Shown piece after piece: positions 60,851-64,000 of a stretch of 64,000 nt of DNA. Numbering within the stretch: the stretch's first letter is position 1; each line of letters starts with the position of its first letter. The stretch is from the NCBI GenBank assembly GCA_963785235.1, contig CAWAUM010000005.1, forward strand, positions 32,001 to 96,000, given 5' to 3'. The notes beneath the pieces are model-generated. The model was not told the origin of the DNA and searched no databases. It was given only the letters and a program-made list of their open reading frames with translations. This DNA is from an uncultured delta proteobacterium. Its GTDB lineage: Bacteria; Desulfobacterota; Desulfomonilia; UBA1062. A program made the translations under genes and the position numbers.

Positions 60851-61832
60851 TTAACGTACCAGGATATAGGTGACAGCGGATATTGCCGCCGCGGCAGGGA
60901 TGGTGAGGATCCAAGCCCACACGATGCGGCCTGCAACACCCCACTTCACCGCACTCATGCGCCGCAGCGAGCCCACACCCATGATGGAACCGGTGATGGT
61001 GTGGGTTGTACTGACAGGTATTCCCATCATCGTGGAGACGAAGAGGGTAATTGCCGCGCCTGTCTCTGCGCAGAAGCCATCCACCGGCTTGAGCTTGGCG
61101 ATCTTCTGACCCATGGTCTTCACGATACGCCATCCGCCGAACATGGTTCCGAGCGCAATGGCTGCCTGGCAGGAGATGACCACCCAGAACGGGATATAGA
61201 ATTTATCGCCAAGGAGGCCGGCACTGAACAACAGCCCTGCGATGATACCCATGGTCTTCTGTGCGTCATTACCTCCATGGCCCAGGCTGTATAACGCGGC
61301 TGATACGAGCTGGCCTTTACGGAAGATATGATCAACACTGCGGGGTGTAGATCTTCTGAATGCCCAGTAGACGATTACCCCGATTGCAAGACCAAGGCAG
61401 AGTCCCACTGTTGGTGAAATGAAGATGAATGAAATGGTCTTGATGATTCCCGACATGACAAGGGCATCGGGTCCGGCCTTTACCAGTGCCGCACCGACCA
61501 TACCCCCGATGAGGGCGTGGGAGGAACTCGTCGGAAGCCCGATAGTACCATGTAATGATATCCCACATGCATGCGCCTACCAGAGTGGCGAGGATAACGT
61601 TTGAGTCGATGATGCCCACATCAATGATCCCCTTGCCGATGGTGTTGGCCACGTGAAGACCCAGGAAGAGAAAGGCGATAAAGTTAAAGAAGGCAGCCCA
61701 GATGACGGCGTGTCGTGGTGAGAGAACGCGAGTAGAAACGACGGTGGCAATGGAGTTTGCAGAGTCATGAAATCCGTTCAGAAAATCAAACGTCAAGGCA
61801 AGAAGGATCAGGAAGGCTATGTAAAGGGTCAT
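60851..61832 (-). CDS. pit: PiT-family inorganic phosphate transporter (apparent frameshift at about 61540)
   Basis: NGFHDSANSIATVV; HGGNDAQK and PVSTTH are in the second frame. Confidence 0.9.
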
Positions 61833-61835
61833 TGT

Positions 61836-62462
61836 TTATGCTTGCTTAACGATAATAGATTCAACTATGTGGGCAACGTCCTCACAGATATCAAGCACAT
61901 TCTCAGCGAACTGGTAGATTTCTTTCCACTTTATCAGAGATATGGGGTCAGTTGCGGTCTCGAACAGATTGGTCAGGAATTCGTCCCTCATGGTATCACC
62001 GACATTCTCGAGCCGGTTCACCTCAATGCAGTGTTTAAGTGTTGTCTCAGGGTGCTTGGTGTCCAGCAGGCCTTCCACTGCGCAGGCCAGTGCACGGACA
62101 GATTTCTCGATGATAGTGGAGAACTCCATGAGGTTTGAGTCTCTGTCTATTATCTTGTAAACCCTCATGCGGTTAGAGATGGTGTAGATCATATCAATGA
62201 CATCGTCCAGCGCACAAGCCAGGGAATGAATGTCCTCGCGGTCAAAGGGGGTGATGAAGGTCTTATTGAGGCGGCTCATGATATCATGGGCAACCTCATC
62301 CGCATTGTGTTCGATATCGCGCATCTTATGGACCGTATCAGTGTCAAAGGTCCCTTGTGCAGCCATCTCGGCAAACAGGACTGCGGCATCAACCGCATAT
62401 TGAGCCTGCTTGTTGAACAATACAAAGAAATTAGAATCCTTAGGGAGAAAGCTGAACCCCAT
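61836..62462 (-). CDS. DUF47 (PhoU-like) Pit accessory protein
   Basis: IEHNADE...TFITPFDREDI...LENVGD...KEIY..E..D.CED; GGAGG before the ATG at 62462. Confidence 0.9.
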   Translation of the reverse strand: MGFSFLPKDSNFFVLFNKQAQYAVDAAVLFAEMAAQGTFDTDTVHKMRDIEHNADEVAHDIMSRLNKTFITPFDREDIHSLACALDDVIDMIYTISNRMRVYKIIDRDSNLMEFSTIIEKSVRALACAVEGLLDTKHPETTLKHCIEVNRLENVGDTMRDEFLTNLFETATDPISLIKWKEIYQFAENVLDICEDVAHIVESIIVKQA

Positions 62463-62608
62463 ATACTCCTCCATACCCTCATGAAAGTCGCTTATGTTGT
62501 GATGGAATTGTTTTATAAGGATTGCCCTGTTCAGTCAAGTATGGATGTCACATGGTAGCAGTTGATTTATCAAGGGTTACTCAGGTAAACCCATAGAGGT
62601 AAGTCTCA

Positions 62609-64000
62609 TTATTTTATAGGGAGAATAACGGTAAAGGTGCTGCCCGTGTATGGGGTGCTTGCCACCACGATAGACCCGGCGTGCAGGGTGGCAATATGTT
62701 TTGCAATGGAAAGTCCGAGCCCGGTGCCGCCCATACTCCTTGATCGTGATTTGTCCACCACGTAGAAACGTTCGAATACCCGTCCCAGGTCTTCTCTTGG
62801 TATCCCTATACCTGTATCTTTTACTGTGATGATGGCATTACGATCCCTTACCTCGGCATCCAGCGATATCTGTCCCTTTTCCGTGTACTTCAGGGCGTTG
62901 TCGATGAGGTTTGTGAGGAGCTGTTCAAGCTTGAATGGGTCCCCCATAATGGTGATGGGGCTGATATCGGCAGTTATATCAAGGCCCTTGGCCCTGATCC
63001 TTGGATCGTAGATAGCCAGCACATTGGCAATAAGCTCCTGCAGGTTTACCTCCTCCATGACGAGTTGCGGTTTTTCTTCAAGCTCGGAAAGGGTAAGCAG
63101 GTCATTCACCATGGCGATAAGCCTGTCCGTATGGCGTTTGATAATTCCGAGATATTCCTTTGACTTGGGATCAGCCTCATCCAGGAGTGTCTCGGTAAAA
63201 CCCTTGATGGCAGTGAGCGGGGTTCTGAGTTCATGTGAGACATTGACTACCAGGTCTTTTTTTACCCGTTCTATCAGCTTGGACTCTGTGATGTCATGCA
63301 GGAGCACGACCTTAGACTTCCTGGATGCAAGGGGTGTGATAATGCACAGGAAGGATTTGTCCGCAAGCTCCACCTCACCTGATATGGACCTTTCAGAACC
63401 CTCCTCAATCAAGGTGTTGAGCCTTGTTGATCTGAGCAGCTCCCAGTAATATCTTCCCAGTATCTTTTCAGCAGGCAGGAGCTTTTGGGCACCTGCATTG
63501 AATAGCCGGACCTTTCCTTCTTCATCGAGCACGAGCAGGCCTGCGGTCATGGATGATATGATACTCTCGAGCTCTTCATTGCGGCCGCTGAGTTCTGCAA
63601 AGGAATGTTCGAGCCTTTGCGTCATCTCGTTAAAGCTGTCGGTGAGGTGTCTCATCTCATCATCTGACTTGGGGGGAACCCTCACGGAGAGATCGCCCGA
63701 GGCAACCCTTCTTGCCGCCTTGCTTAGCTCCCGGATGGGTGTGGACAACAGGTGGGAGATGAGTGCTGCAATGACGAGTGAAATGACAATCACCAGGAGT
63801 GTCAGTTGGAGCACCCTTGTTCTAAGGGTCTTCAGCAGGTCGGTGACGTGTGTCAACGGAGTGCTCAGCCGGAGCACACCAATGATCTTTCCCCCTGTCT
63901 CGACAGGCATGGCCATATAGAGAAGGTCCTGCCAGAGCGTTGTGCTGTAACGGATGCTCCTGCCGACCTTTCCGGCAAGGGCCTGGACCACCTCAGGTCT
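62609..64000 (-). CDS. phoR: Phosphate-regulon sensor histidine kinase (HAMP-PAS-HisKA-HATPase); 5' end outside the window
   Basis: VSHELRTPLT.IKG, NLIDNALKY, DTGIGIP, FERFY.VDKSRSR, GGTGLGL; heads the pit/pst cluster. Confidence 0.88.
   Translation of the reverse strand, partial: RPEVVQALAGKVGRSIRYSTTLWQDLLYMAMPVETGGKIIGVLRLSTPLTHVTDLLKTLRTRVLQLTLLVIVISLVIAALISHLLSTPIRELSKAARRVASGDLSVRVPPKSDDEMRHLTDSFNEMTQRLEHSFAELSGRNEELESIISSMTAGLLVLDEEGKVRLFNAGAQKLLPAEKILGRYYWELLRSTRLNTLIEEGSERSISGEVELADKSFLCIITPLASRKSKVVLLHDITESKLIERVKKDLVVNVSHELRTPLTAIKGFTETLLDEADPKSKEYLGIIKRHTDRLIAMVNDLLTLSELEEKPQLVMEEVNLQELIANVLAIYDPRIRAKGLDITADISPITIMGDPFKLEQLLTNLIDNALKYTEKGQISLDAEVRDRNAIITVKDTGIGIPREDLGRVFERFYVVDKSRSRSMGGTGLGLSIAKHIATLHAGSIVVASTPYTGSTFTVILPIK

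Noticed and set aside
3796-61832. Calling the frameshifted genes pseudogenes or programmed frameshifts
   Set aside because: They are too numerous and spread across unrelated operons, motifs are intact, and no consistent slippery-site or stimulator pattern is seen.

Overview
Chromosomal (non-mobile) window from an anaerobic bacterium. Gene content points to a syntrophic, fatty-acid-oxidising Desulfobacterota (deltaproteobacterium); this is inference only. 1.1-21.9 kb is a redox island: a PAS-PAS-LuxR regulator; a four-subunit group A3 [FeFe]-hydrogenase whose NuoF-like HydB is fused to a GltD/NfnB-like NADPH module; the maturation cluster (TM1266-like, hydG, hydE, aspA, hydF); a cytoplasmic selenocysteine formate dehydrogenase with no flavoprotein partner of its own; an OFA-family MFS transporter; a beta-carbonic anhydrase; and a DRTGG/kinase/PHP signalling cassette. 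Next come icmF-cobO, a convergent thiolase, and fdhE plus a periplasmic Sec-containing FdnGHI. The rest holds sodB, vapBC, umuDC, hsp20-lon, hup with a Lys-rich-repeat FYDLN-type protein, a HAD/phosphodiesterase fusion before potABCD, a divergent AOR-family enzyme, and a phoR-DUF47-pit-pstSCAB-phoU cluster. Non-coding signals include a candidate sigma54-driven anti-Shine-Dalgarno sRNA, a palindromic operator shared by the thiolase and fdnG promoters, two Pho-box arrays, several apparently leaderless genes, REP-doublet/MITE-like elements and long inverted repeats. More than a dozen single-base frameshifts in conserved genes are most likely long-read assembly errors. No rRNA, tRNA, CRISPR array or transposase was recognised.
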